A DNA stretch of 54,886 bases from Dimargaris cristalligena. Lineage: Eukaryota. Within the stretch, counting starts at the first letter, position 1. The number at the start of each line of letters is the position of its first letter. The stretch spans positions 1 to 54,886 of the forward strand of contig ML002261.1 of the NCBI GenBank assembly GCA_003614675.1. Reading direction: 5' to 3'. The notes below the pieces were generated by a model. It made no database searches, was not told the origin of the DNA, and worked only from the letters and a program-made list of their open reading frames with translations. Positions 42,464-54,886 of the stretch are shown piece after piece. A program made the position numbers and the translations under genes.

Positions 42464-43106
42464 GGTGACAAGGTAGGGTAGGTTAGGTGGGGAATGGGCC
42501 GAGGCGACTGCGGACCGGTGCCTTGGCGAGAAGTACGGGGTATAGCACTACTACGTATTAGAGAACAACTTCTTCGGTAAAACGGACTTTGGCTTGAACT
42601 AGCTAAAGTGTAACACGGGCAAGGAGAGGGTGGACAGAGTGACTTGGGACGGTTACAGGCGGATAGCGTGGCCGGCTGAGACTTGGCTACCCAATATAGA
42701 GATAGTAAGGGGCAGGGATGGAGGCTATTCAGTCCGCTGGCAATGCCGAAAGATAGCGAGCGGTACTACTGGGGGAGACGAAGGTGGTCTAGAGTCGATC
42801 GGCTATTTAAACTGACGCACTGGAATAGGGCAAAGTAAAGGAATAGATAAACGGAGAAATGTAGGCAATGCCAGTGTAAAAGAACCAAAAAGTAAAGGTA
42901 GCATTACTGATTGGGCGAGGTGCGAAAGAACGGCTCAAACGTGGCCATGGACTTATAATTTTGCGTATTATAGTGTTCCAACTGCAGCTCTCACTCTCTA
43001 TTTCACTTTGTCGAATCTATTTTACCCAGCCCGAACTTAACGGTGATTGGCCAGCCAGGGGGAATCCCCCCCCCCCCATTGGATAAAGGAAGGAGGCTCT
43101 CATTCC

Positions 43107-43180
43107 TATTATTACTATTGCTATTGCTATTGCTATTGCTATTGCTATATTGCTATTATTGCTATTGCTATTGCTATTGT
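43107..43180. repeat. (TATTGC)n hexanucleotide microsatellite
   Basis: About 10 copies of ctattg with two small interruptions. Confidence 0.9.
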
Positions 43181-43507
43181 GACTGCGGGCTCAACAGTCG
43201 CAGCACCGCATGGTTAGTTCATAGCTTGCATTACTTTAGGCTCGAGGGCTGCTTCCTACATTATACATTTGGCGGAGGGTAGTATGGAAGAAGGGGAGGG
43301 TTAGTCTCTAGTGTGCCTTCCTAGACAACCTGGCTAATTAACTAACTAACCCCCTGGCTAACGAACAAGGGGTCACTAAATCCATCCCAATTGGCACTTG
43401 CCCCCCCATGGTGTCCCACCTAATACCAATCCATGGGCCAGTAGCAGCTTAACTGCTGGTGGCACACGAAGAATGGAGACTATCCACTGCGTATACCTCC
43501 CACCAGC

Positions 43508-43651
43508 ATATGGGTGAAGTTCGGCTCAGTGGTATAAGGTTTTAACTGATATGTGTGCGGGAAAATTGGTGGGATGTTTATTTTCAACCAGTAGTATTTG
43601 CCTCATCAAATGGATTTTTTGTTATACAGCCTAGTTGAACTACTCCCACAT
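43508..43651 (-). mobile_element. 144-bp MITE-like element, copy 3 (inverted relative to copies 1 and 2)
   Basis: atatgggtgaagttcggctcagtggtataaggtttta...aaccagtagtatttgcctcatcaaatggattttttgttatacagcctagttgaactactcccacat is the reverse complement of copy 1 with scattered substitutions; same length. Confidence 0.75.
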
Positions 43652-44079
43652 CAATCAGCCTTGTCAACCAGCTCAAACAAAGCTACTCAACCGCCCGTTC
43701 ACAGAATTAGGGTGACGAGAGTCCCATACCAGTCACGCCTTTTCACTCTCTCGTATAAGGCATGAACATAATAAATTAAAAGTAGGTCAATGTATTGTAT
43801 TAGTAAACGGTATAATTAGATATAGTTCGAGGGAAAAATGAAGCTAATAGTACTAAACAGCTATATTAAAGGGGCAAAGTGCGTAGTTAATAAAAATAGA
43901 TTGTAAGTAAACGTCCATGTCGTTCGAAGCGGGGCTGAAAATAATATATATATAAAACAATAGAAAAGCAATAGAAATAAATATAAAAATATATAAACAG
44001 AATCTACAGCGAGAATAAGGCAATAGCCGGGCTATTGGTAATAGCCATATGGGTGTGTGGTCTTTTGTAGGCGACCGCA

Positions 44080-45342
44080 TTACTTATTACTAGCCAGAAA
44101 ACCTATCATCACCAGAGCGGCTCCAACCCAGTACCAGGGCGTCATTTCCATACCCTTGAACATCAAGTCACCGAGCATAGCTAGAGGGTTAGTCAGAGCG
44201 ATACCCAGAGTGACTACCAGGGGCGAGGTCATGAGCACGGCCAGCAGCCACAGGTAATCGGATAGGAAAGTACCGATGAGGGCGTTGAGGAGGATCATAC
44301 CCCACATGTCGAGGCCCACGGGCAGTTCAAAGGGCTCCACATTGGTGTAGTGCAGCACGAAGAAGATGGGCCACAATAGGACCAAGTTGAACAGCCCCAC
44401 GAACCCCAAAAATGTGGGCATGTGGACGCGGTCTTCGTTATCAATCTTGAGTTTGATGAGGATGGTGTAGCAGCCGTAGAAGAAGGCGCTCACAATCGCC
44501 AGGATATCGCCGACCAGGCGTGTGTGGCCCCGCGGTCCTTCTTCGGCCGACTGGGTGACGCTGGTCGTGACAAGGTAGACCCCGCCGATACTAGCCACCA
44601 CGGACGCTACGCGCAAGACGGTAAGACGTTCGACCCGGACCAAAACCCCCAGAATAAGCGTGAATAAGCCGGAGGTGGAGCACAGAATCGTGCTGTTGGA
44701 CACCGAAGTGTAGGAGAGGGAGGCGTTGGAGCATCCGTTAGCGGCGAACCAGAGCAAGCAAAAGGTCAGACTCAGTTTGGCCGTTTCCTTCATGCTCAAC
44801 TTATCGACGGGCTGGGCCACGGTTTCGTTCGCCACATCCGGATCCACCTCTTCCAGGTCCAGACTCGACTTGCCCGACGATATTAGAGCCCGTTCCACAT
44901 CAAAAGAATTGCCGGTTGATTCCAGACTCTGTTTATAGGACGGCGGGGGTGCATCCGGGATACTCACCGGAGCATCGAATCCGAGCGCCGAAGTGGTTGG
45001 CACATGGCCATCGGGGCCGGTTATCATCGATGTGGATCGATCCATCCCCACTAGAGAATTTTTGCGAGAACTGGCCGTACTGGGCGAGCCCTCCGGGGCG
45101 GCCGCCTGGTTTTTCGGCCGTTGCGGCCGCACTAAACGGAAGAGGGTGCCCGCCAGATACAGGGTGAAGGTTGCAGTGTTGATGTAGGTGATAAACACGG
45201 GCTTGTTGTACTCGCGCTCCTTAAACATGAAGCTCATAAGGAACGACGAACTGACCCAAATGAACACCACGCATAGCAGGAAGAATATTCCCAGGGCATA
45301 GCGCCCAATGCTCTTGGGCAGATACTGGCGTAGGTTAAGCAT
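44080..45342 (-). CDS. SLC35F/EamA-family (DMT) transporter, Thi74/YML018C-like
   Basis: LLCVVFIWVSSSFL, YNKPVFITYINTATFTLYL, ETAKLSLTFCLLWFAAN, LSYTSVSNSTILCSTSGLFTL, GDILAIVSAFFYGCYTILIK, FLGFVGLFN, SDYLWLLAVLMTSPLVVTLGI. Likely start gccgccATG at 45342. Confidence 0.9.
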   Translation of the reverse strand: MLNLRQYLPKSIGRYALGIFFLLCVVFIWVSSSFLMSFMFKEREYNKPVFITYINTATFTLYLAGTLFRLVRPQRPKNQAAAPEGSPSTASSRKNSLVGMDRSTSMITGPDGHVPTTSALGFDAPVSIPDAPPPSYKQSLESTGNSFDVERALISSGKSSLDLEEVDPDVANETVAQPVDKLSMKETAKLSLTFCLLWFAANGCSNASLSYTSVSNSTILCSTSGLFTLILGVLVRVERLTVLRVASVVASIGGVYLVTTSVTQSAEEGPRGHTRLVGDILAIVSAFFYGCYTILIKLKIDNEDRVHMPTFLGFVGLFNLVLLWPIFFVLHYTNVEPFELPVGLDMWGMILLNALIGTFLSDYLWLLAVLMTSPLVVTLGIALTNPLAMLGDLMFKGMEMTPWYWVGAALVMIGFLASNK

Positions 45343-48300
45343 GGCGGCGGCCTGGTGAGCTACAGACCAGGTTGAATGGGCGGGACTGTTGCAATAAGCA
45401 GAAAAACAGAGGAATAAGATGAGGAGAGTTAATACAGCCCAAGTGACGGTGAGTTGGGAGATGGCCACGCCCAGCAGGACTAGCGAAAGGTCGGTCAGTG
45501 TCGGTTGCTGGAAGAACCCAAGTGTCGCGCACCCACGGAACATGGGGGGAGGAGGGTTCTTACGGCCAACACAGGGGAACTGGAGGAACAAGCAAGGGGC
45601 CCCTAGTGACCACAAGTAAAGGCTGGGGGGGAGACGGCGTTATAAAGGAATCGCCCTTTAAGCGCTCCGGGAGAAGGAAATGCAAAGGAGAAGAAAGACT
45701 GGGGTTTTGGCGAGAATAAAAATAGGTAAAAATATTGGAAGAGGAGGAGAGGACTTTTCCCCTCCCTATATGGACCAGCCCCCCGGTTGGTTATAAACAA
45801 CAGCCCATCATATTATATACATGGCAGCTAAACGATAGAGGGTGTGCGTGATTTTGATAAAAGCCGCGCAATTATTATGTTTATAGAACCACCGCCAGGT
45901 CCATTGTGTTTCAAAGTGCCTACTAAAAACCGCCTTTACCAATGAATCGTCTCAGAAGATACCGAAGAGTTGTAGACTTACCTAAAAGGTAGATTGGGTA
46001 TAAATCGAAACCAACAGTATATAATATAAGCTAGGCTTATCCTTGAGAGAAAGGGGTCGGCGACCAGAAGGTTCGGTAAGGGTTACGGGCCCAGTTGGGC
46101 AAAGGGGCAGCAGAGCAACGGCGAAATAAGGCACCGGACGGAAAGGAAAACGAGTGAACGGAGAGGTTCTATCTGGTCCTTTTTATGAGTTATAGAGCCT
46201 GGCCCCAGGCCTATGGGCTGTAGGAATAAAGGCGTACAAAATCCAAAGGTCCGGCGTAAAAATCGGGGGTTATTTTTTTCGTTCTCTTCTAAATCAACCG
46301 GTTCCCCTTTCCAGTTATCGCATCTGTCGGGGCTAGCGTAGTCGGACTGACGCTACACCGGCTTTAAATGGCGAATGTGCTGAAACTAGGCCGATGTGGC
46401 ATGCCCCAACTGACCTTTTTCACTGGAAAAATCCCCCTTCTTATTATAACTACCCCTACGCACAGTATCACCTCCTTTCTTGCAATGTATTTAACCGGCC
46501 GCAGATCAAAAATGGCAAAATTAAACCACAAAGTGCTTTGTGGCCTACACCTGCTGACCCTGGTTAGGAATGGAATGGACGATGGGTTTTAATATAAACA
46601 ACATGCTCTAAGCGCCACCCACCTATTCGGTATCGCGCTAAACTAGCATACTTGAGAGCCCCTTATCCTGACAATGTAGTTTCACTTTAATTATATCTTC
46701 AGCAGATATCCGAAGATGTATATTGGAAAAGATCCTTCGTTTTCAACTGTATACATCTACCCCCCTATCTCCAGATTTGATGCAATACTTGCCATTTCCC
46801 CGAATATTGAGTGAGGAAGTCGCCCCCCTTCCGAACTACGAACTAATATCCCCTGTCCATCTGGAATATCATGCTCCCCGCACCACATACTTCCGAGCTA
46901 GGCCCCCATTCCAGAATCTCTCATGTGCAATCGATTAGACACATGAAACTAGCCCACCAAGAAGGTGTGTGTACCTAATGATGTAAGTGAATTAATACAT
47001 ACATTCTGCTTTGCGATTACAGAGCAGCTGTCCGAAAAAATATACATAATAAAAGAACTTGCCATTTATGGAGTCCCTTTGGTGGGAAGACCAAACCTCC
47101 TGTTATCCGAATGCGAGAGTTCATCTAACCCCACCAAGTGGTTCCGAATACTCTTTTGGCGATTTTTCGCTCCTGTTCCAGCAACGGTCATCCTATGTAC
47201 CACTAGCCTCTAAAGCTCATTCACGAGTGGCTGACGACCGAAGCTAGTGGAACCGTGCCTTAGGCCGTAATAGGTTGGGTTGGGGACGATAACTGTTGTT
47301 TTTTTCTGGTCCTGTTACGCAGTGGATTCAACAAAATGCCACCGGGAGAATCAGGTGACTAGCGCCAAATTCAAACGTAAGTTAAAAGGCGGGGGGCGTG
47401 TTGGTAAAGCTGTCGATAAAGAATCCCTTACTCCATGCTTCTCTTTAGTCGAATGTACCTTGAACGCCGCCGGACCACGAGAGCTAAATATACTTATATA
47501 TATATATATTAGGAAAATGAGCGAACGGTACTTACATCCCTCTATAGAGGGCATTTGCACTGAGAGGTTTTGATTGACAGTCTCCCAGCCCATTTAGCCC
47601 GACCCGCCAACTTTTGAGGTATTACCGAGGAGGCATGGTTGAGTGCTATTTAATGTAGCCACTTTAAACATTTTAGAGTCCACATCCCCTCCGCCACTGG
47701 TATATATATGTACGTATATGTCTATGTGGGTATGTGTAACCGTCACAGCAGCCGCCAGCCTTCGTGTGTCATTCGGATGGCGTGCTTGCTATCCCCCATG
47801 ATTGGCCCCCAGTTCGACTACCATCTGTCCAACTATACAGGTTTCATCAAAAGACCGCTATCAAACATCGCAAGATCGCAATGTAAACACCCATGAGGCC
47901 CTACCGGCAATTTTGGTGATGGATTAATCTATAATAATTGGTCTACTTACCCACCATACTGGCCATGTAATGCGGACCGGGCCGGTTAGTTGACCGCTCT
48001 AAAAGAACTAACTACTGGCAATGCAATATGAATTGTGTGGAGTTGCAGTGCTTAGTTTCCATGATGTTGGTGGTATCATAACAGTCAGCTCTACGCATTT
48101 ATATAAAAAAAACCCCTAATTATTACCATGTCCCTCCACTAGTTCAGACCTAATAGAGTAATGTCATTGGGAGGTTTCAGCCCTAGCAGAGATACAGGTT
48201 GTCTTGGTGTGGTATAGTTCAGAGGCTCTATTTTCAGGTTCAATCAGCATCCGATGCTTAGGAACTCTACGAGTTACTCTGCAGATGTTTATCAGCTATT

Positions 48301-48646
48301 TCACTTTGTTATATCCATAAAAACAAAAGGGGGAGAGCATAATGGGTTTCATACATCACGTGATTTGGATCAGGCTGGATTAGCATAAATTACATTGACC
48401 ACGGTTAAAGTAAAGTCATGGCCAACATTTGGGGGTTCACAACAGTTGGGGGAAATGGGCAGCGAGCTGCGCAATCGACACAATGGAAGGAGTTCATTTG
48501 CCTTGTAAGAAGCATAGGATAGTGACCACGTTGCTCCGTATGGGAGTGTGCAGCTGAACTCGAAGAAGCCAACTCCCACTTTTTCTTCTGTTCCTGAGCC
48601 ACCGCAACTTATTCTATGCCCTATCTAGCCCCTTGCTATATTCAAC

Positions 48647-50280
48647 ATGACGACCGCACCACTATCGACCGCCGCGCGGCGTATGCTCGCTATCCCGGAG
48701 GCCGCTCGTTCGGTGGGCCCCATGTCGTCGTTTAAATTCATGACTTGGAATGTAAGCCATACTCTATCCGATTTACTGCCCCCCCCCCCATGCTCCAAAT
48801 GCGCCGAAAGTCAGCCTAAGCCGGCGTGGCTCCTCCCTCTGGGATTCCATGATAACCCTGCCCACATTGCCTGTCAGTACACCTCACAGAAACCTAATAA
48901 CCGTGGACCCTGGTCACAATATACCTTACCTTACCTTACTACCGCTCCTCATAATCCCCTACTGATACAATCTAGGCCCTAGCCCAAACCCTCGTTCGTC
49001 GCGAGCTGTACCCTTACTGCACCAAGGCCCAACTTAAATGGAAATCCCGCAAGCAGCGTCTCCTAGCGGAGTTTGAATTCTACCGCCCCGATGTTGCCTG
49101 TTTCCAGGAAATTGACCGTGATTTTTGGCTGACTGATTGGGCGCCCGTCCTCGACAAACTGAGCTACCACTGGCGCTTCTTTGGGTACCCCACCAAGAAC
49201 CACGGCTGCTGTCTCGTATGGCGTTCCGACACCTGGTCGTGCTTGGACTACCGCCCGGTGCTCATAGACCAGTCCCAAACCGTGGCTAACTATGTCCTAA
49301 CCACTGATAATGTAGCCCAAGTGGCCGTTCTCTGTCGCCATGCAGAGGGGGTCAAGGCGGCTGAAAACCAGAACGAATCGCACACATCTACCTTTCAGCC
49401 ATCCGCCTCCGCGGACTCCGCGCAAGCACACGCCTTCACTTCTGAACCATCTTGGTCACCCCGGTCCATCATTCCTCCCGGTGGCGAAGCCCTCATTGTT
49501 AGCAATACCCATCTATACTGGAATCCCCAGGGCGGTTTTAACCGATTGGCACAGGGTTTGGTCATCCACCGCACTATCGCGGAACTCAACCAACCCCATC
49601 AAAACCAACTTCCCGTGGTCATGGCCGGTGACTTTAATACAACACCTGTGGAGGGTCTGTATCCGGCCTTGCACCATCAGTTAGATGCCCCTGGTTTAGT
49701 CTCCAACCTCATGAATTACCTCCGCCGGGATCCGCGCCTCTTTACCCTACGCTACGACCCGGACCAGCGACTCTATTTAAATGATTCACAGACGGAATTG
49801 CCGGATCCCGCCGCCCAGCCTCTGTCTACCCAGGATCACGCCCACCTTTCACTTGAACAGCAAAATGCTTTGGTTTGTGCCCTGCTGGACGGTTACCGGA
49901 AGTATCCTCCCGCCCGCAGTGTCTATCAGAATTATGACCAGTGTGATCCCGCCCATTTTGAGCCCATACCCGAGCCAGTTCATCGTGAGCTGAATGATTT
50001 AACGGAGACATTAGTTATATACCAGGCCGATGAGTGGCATGGGGAGCCCCGATTTTCGACGTTCACGCAGTTCCGTAGTCTACTGGACTATATTATGGTG
50101 CTGGACCCACCATCCCAAACAGACAATATTTCAGCCGAAACCGTTATCCGACCTTTAGCCTTGCTTAGTATACCAAAGGAGGAGTTATTGGTGCCCGGCT
50201 TGCCTAACGACAGTTTCCCTAGTGACCACCTTTCGCTGCTGGCGGACCTCGGGTTTTTCCGTAATGGCCCCCGTGATTAA
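48647..50280 (+). CDS. NGL2: Ngl2-like CCR4/nocturnin-family EEP ribonuclease
   Basis: Exon 1 48647-48751 (FKFMTWN|gtaagc) and exon 2 48976-50280 (ALAQTLVRRELYPYC...LKWKSR...DVACFQEID, NTHLYW, MAGDFNTTP, LLDYI, FPSDHLSL). Confidence 0.88.
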
Positions 50281-50955
50281 TAAAGGTTTGGCCTCGCTTA
50301 AATACCGATCCAATTATACGCACCAAGCAGCTGATAATTTGATGTAAGGATATAAATATTACCTTTTTGTAATCCAAGAGGCTGTGTTATATTAACGCTT
50401 TCAGTGGGATGCCATCTGAAAAATAAAGATGCCTGCCGGTAATATTGGATTTCCGCCCATTTTGACACCAAGGAATTAAAGGTCGTAATCCAGGGTTTAC
50501 CAATTAAATGTTTTGGCTGTCATCTAAGTTGGCATTATTGCACTGGGTCAAATTGAGCCCCTGAAACAGCCGCTGTAGTAATGCCTTTATCTGGTGGTGG
50601 GTGATATGTGAGTGGTCTTTTTTGACCCATCAGGTCGTTTGTTTACATTTTGGTAGCTTGGATTATCACTGAGCCAATCAATACAAATCTACTGGCTCAG
50701 GCTATTATTTACCCAGTCTGTTTTGCCCAACTAACCTCTCCTCCTCTATACCAATAGGCCTCTATCAATAATACCACACAGCTAACATCCTGTACTCTGT
50801 ATTCGTTTCCAACTACCCGTTTTTTCACTAACAAGTGGACTTTTACGCCTCCCTCGACTCCATTTCTTTTAGCCTGTTTTCTGTTATCCCCAATATTTTA
50901 CATATTCTAAGAAATAACCACTCTTTCTAATTCCCCTACTTTGTCGATTGCAACA

Positions 50956-53124
50956 ATGGCCGCCCAAGGTTGGGATACCGGACGTATTTACACCACCAGC
51001 GTCCTTCCGGGTGAAGTTCAGCAGAATGACAACAGCATTGTTGAGCAAGAGCTCTTCGATTTCCTGCAGAACTTCTGCGTCGATAATCAGTTCGTTTACC
51101 GCGACCAGCTGCGCCAGAATCTCCTCATCAAGAACTACGTCCTGGAGGTTGACATGCAGGACCTGATCAGTTACGACGAGAACTTGGCCCACCGCTTGTC
51201 GGAACGCCCTAGTGATATTCTCCCCCTCTTTGAGAGTGCAGTGCGACGTACTGCCCATAAGATTTTGGCCCCGACGAACACCGAGGCGCTGGCCGTCCCC
51301 GAGTGCCAAGTGACGCTCCGCTCCAACGCGAATATGACCAACGTCCGTAATCTGGACTCGGCCGCCATTTCCAAGCTGGTGCGCATCGCTGGTATTGTGA
51401 TTGCGGCCTCCGCCCTGAGCTCGAAAGCTACCCATGTGCACCTGATGTGCCGTTTCTGCCGCGGAACACGGGTGCTTCCCGTGAGCGGTGGTCTCGCGGG
51501 GCTGAATCTGCCCCGGACCTGTACGAGCGTTAAATTGGACGCCAGCTCCCCCAATTGTCCCATGGATCCATATGTGGTGGTGCACGATAAGTGTAAATTC
51601 GTCGACCAACAGACGCTGAAACTTCAGGAGGCGCCCGATCTAGTGCCCGTCGGTGAACTGCCCCGCCATCTCATGTTGACGGCGGACCGCTACCTGATCA
51701 ACAAAGTAGTACCTGGGACCCGCGTGACCGTGACCGGTATCTTTTCTATTTTCCAAAATAAAAAGGTCCAGGCGACCGGAGCTATCGCTATTCGGTCGCC
51801 CTACCTGCGGCTGGTCGGCATTGAGGTCGAGTCCGGGGCCAACAGCGGCGGTCGACACATTTTCACCGCCGAAGAGGAACAGGAATTTATCAACATGTCG
51901 CGCCAACCGGACTTCTACGAGACCTTTACTCGCAGTATCGCCCCCTCCATCTACGGAAACGAAGACATCAAACGCGCCATTGCCTGCCTGCTCTTCGGCG
52001 GGTCCAAGAAAATCCTCCCCGACGGCATGGGTCTGCGGGGGGACATTAACGTCCTGCTGTTGGGTGACCCCGGTACGGCCAAGAGTCAGCTGCTGAAGTT
52101 TGTGGAGCGCGTGGCCCCCATCTCCGTGTACACGTCGGGTAAGGGCAGTAGTGCGGCCGGTTTAACCGCCTCCGTGATCCGTGATCCCGGTTCCCGGGAG
52201 TTTTACCTTGAAGGGGGTGCGATGGTGTTGGCCGACGGCGGGGTGGTCTGTATCGACGAGTTCGATAAAATGCGGGAAGAGGACCGAGTGGCCATTCACG
52301 AAGCCATGGAACAGCAGACCATTTCGATTGCCAAAGCCGGTATCACCACCATTCTCAATTCCCGTACCTCCGTCCTGGCCGCTGCCAATCCCGTCTTTGG
52401 TCGGTACGACGATATGAAGTCGGCCGGTGACAATATTGACTTCCAAACCACCATTCTGTCCCGTTTTGATATGATCTTTATTGTCCGCGACGAACATTCG
52501 GAACAGCGCGATAAGACCATCGCCAAACACGTCATGAACGTGCACATGAACAGCGCCAACCCAGCCGACCAGGTGGAGGGGGAAATCGACGTCTCCAAAA
52601 TGAAACGTTACGTGACGTACTGCAAGAGTAAATGCGCGCCCCGCCTCAGTACCGAAGCGGCCGAGAAGTTGAGTAGCCATTTCGTCCAGCTGCGCAGTCA
52701 GATCCACAGCATGGAACGGGACAATAACGAACGGTCGTCCATTCCCATCACGGTGCGACAACTCGAAGCCATCATCCGGATTTCCGAATCATTAGCCAAA
52801 ATGGCCCTGGCCCCCATCGCCACCGAGGAACACGTCGAAGAGGCCCTCCGGCTCTTCCGCGCCTCCACCATCGATGCGGTCCAGACCGGTCAGGTAGAGG
52901 GTGTTACGCGTGCCGAACTGCAGGCCGAAGTTCAGCAAATCGAAAAAACCGTCCGGCGGCGTCTAGTACTAGGATCCACCGTGAGTACCCGTGCCCTCAA
53001 AGACCAGTTCCTGCGCGAGGGGTATACCGAACATGCCTTTGAGCGGGCCCTCAATATTCTGGTGCGCCAAGATACTCTAAGCTTTAGTAATCAGCGTCTG
53101 ACCGTCCGCCGGTCGGGTGCTTAA
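50956..53124 (+). CDS. MCM5: DNA replication licensing factor Mcm5
   Basis: N-terminal GWD motif, zinc finger, Walker [23 protein letters not shown] arginine finger, [23 protein letters not shown]; intronless. Confidence 0.97.
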   Translation: MAAQGWDTGRIYTTSVLPGEVQQNDNSIVEQELFDFLQNFCVDNQFVYRDQLRQNLLIKNYVLEVDMQDLISYDENLAHRLSERPSDILPLFESAVRRTAHKILAPTNTEALAVPECQVTLRSNANMTNVRNLDSAAISKLVRIAGIVIAASALSSKATHVHLMCRFCRGTRVLPVSGGLAGLNLPRTCTSVKLDASSPNCPMDPYVVVHDKCKFVDQQTLKLQEAPDLVPVGELPRHLMLTADRYLINKVVPGTRVTVTGIFSIFQNKKVQATGAIAIRSPYLRLVGIEVESGANSGGRHIFTAEEEQEFINMSRQPDFYETFTRSIAPSIYGNEDIKRAIACLLFGGSKKILPDGMGLRGDINVLLLGDPGTAKSQLLKFVERVAPISVYTSGKGSSAAGLTASVIRDPGSREFYLEGGAMVLADGGVVCIDEFDKMREEDRVAIHEAMEQQTISIAKAGITTILNSRTSVLAAANPVFGRYDDMKSAGDNIDFQTTILSRFDMIFIVRDEHSEQRDKTIAKHVMNVHMNSANPADQVEGEIDVSKMKRYVTYCKSKCAPRLSTEAAEKLSSHFVQLRSQIHSMERDNNERSSIPITVRQLEAIIRISESLAKMALAPIATEEHVEEALRLFRASTIDAVQTGQVEGVTRAELQAEVQQIEKTVRRRLVLGSTVSTRALKDQFLREGYTEHAFERALNILVRQDTLSFSNQRLTVRRSGA

Positions 53125-54886
53125 ATACGGGCTCCGAGGAAGGAGGAAAGAGATAACAAAGAAAGGGGCGGGATGTGGTGGGTATTAGTTGTTTCTCCCC
53201 TTTATGATTGGTACTTACCAGCTTTTACCCTAATGTGTAAACCCTCTATAAATATTAGATATCCCGCAGTAGCGTCTTAACACCAAATACACGTATAAAT
53301 ATATTCGTATGGGCAAACCAACTTCTAATGTAGCCCAGTTGCTTTCCCCCATCTAATTCTATTATTCTAATTGCAATGTCGATATAATATAAGCAGATTT
53401 TAATCCACTTTCTAATGTAATGACGTGAATTGAAAGACGACCTGAGTGGCTTCGCATGGACTGAGTGGTGGCCATCTAATAACGGAAATATCACTATGAT
53501 TACGTAACGACAGTTTAGAGCTGGATTCGATCAAGGCAAACAGGTAGTTTCCAATGTGAAGTGCTGGGCGACCCTATCTTCGACTTGCTAGGCTTGGGGA
53601 TCTGTGGAACTGTCTTAATGTACTTCTCAGGCTGTCTCAACCTTGCCATGGAGGGTCTCTACTTGACAGATTTGGGGATTCTCAAGGGTGCGAATTAGGC
53701 AGTTTCAGGCGAGCTGAAACTCGTGATAGACTTTGGGTATAATCATAGGGAATGAGACTATGGGATTACCGAGGTTCTTGAAAATACCAGTGAAAATGGT
53801 AATAGTTTATTGAAATGAATAATATTGAAATAATGTGAACCTCGATGGGTAGACGACTTCCTGGTTTCCCTTACAGGATTCCAACGTTTTTTATATGCAA
53901 ATTCGAATACCACAGCAATGCCAGATATGTTTGCAATACATTTACGATAAAATAATTGCAATATTATTAATTGCCGCAATGGTATGATAGTAACCGTCAC
54001 AATAGACGTTGATAGGATAAAGGCAGGCTAAGCATGGAACTGGTAGATGTGCCATGCGTGGGGTGTAACATTTCATCGGATAAGTCCAACTCTGCCCTAG
54101 CAGTATCTAACCCTTATCATTGTGCTCTTCAGCCTAGTGCTAAAGACAGCGCCATAAATACGATGACACGTCAAAATAAATGTAATAGGGCAAGTGTCCT
54201 TCAAATAGACGGCGGCCTCGTCTTATCCCCATAATATGCTTCTGCATTCGTGCTATTGACATATTGTATTTAGAGTTTCCCGGAAGTCACCGTCAGTTTT
54301 GGTTATTAGTCTGCAATAAATTGCCTCTTCTCATATTATCCACTGGTTTTGTGATGCCCAACTGCCTGTCCCCGCTCGTCTGGAAGAATGATTGCATCCA
54401 CCACCCGAACTTCCTCTTCCAACTCAACCAATATGCCATCTTCTGCAAGTAGGGGGGGTCAGCCTAGTTGGCTTAAGATCACGCTAAGATATGAATACCA
54501 TCCTCCACCATCATCCTCAGGACTAACAACCCGAGACCGGATTTTAACAACATCCAATCTTGGGGTTGTTATGTATAGCCCTCCTAATAAGTACCGGGGG
54601 CCAGACAGTCTTACTTGAGCCAGATTAACCTCTGTGTTTAACCGCTACTAAGCGAGTTGCTTCCTAGCACCCAGCTATGGGCCCTATTAATAGTCAGATT
54701 ATTATCGCTGAACTCATCGAAATTGACCTCAAACGAGATTAACACATACACCATACTTTTGAGTACAGCTGGTATAGTCATATAAAAGACTTCGTTCACA
54801 AAGTAGATGTAATTTTATTATTAATGCTGGATGTGTACTGCTGCATAGTGCAGGATTGAGGGAAGCTTATTTTTATCAATTTCTTT

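Noticed and set aside
43043..43282. 79-aa ORF with poly-Leu and CY repeats resembling a secreted Cys-rich peptide
   Set aside because: It is simply the translation of the (TATTGC)n microsatellite, with a non-ATG start.
45928..45945. GCCTTTAC resembling U5 snRNA loop 1
   Set aside because: It has three T rather than the invariant four, and no flanking stem or Sm site.

Overview
This is a eukaryotic, gene-dense fungal window with GC-rich exons, short GT-AG introns with CTAAC/CTAAT branch points and AT-richer intergenic DNA. Gene content and style suggest an early-diverging terrestrial fungus, probably Zoopagomycota/Kickxellomycotina (Dimargaris-like); this placement is inference only. Recognisable conserved genes, in order: a SAS-4/CPAP-like centriole protein, exosome subunit RRP43, a membrane J-domain protein, an 8-exon SPC19-like DASH subunit with a long C-terminal extension, HEL2/ZNF598, coronin, zeta-COP, MPP6, UPF3, a PPR protein, DOT1, an SLC35F/Thi74-type transporter, NGL2 and MCM5. 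Four lineage-specific signal-peptide genes are interspersed: one interrupted by in-frame TAGs, one with an acidic region plus NLS, one with an F-box-like motif, and one small cationic peptide gene split across two frames. A 144-bp element with terminal inverted repeats occurs in three full copies and one truncated copy. No tRNA, rRNA or CRISPR array could be supported. All family assignments rest on motif recognition from memory, not on database searches.
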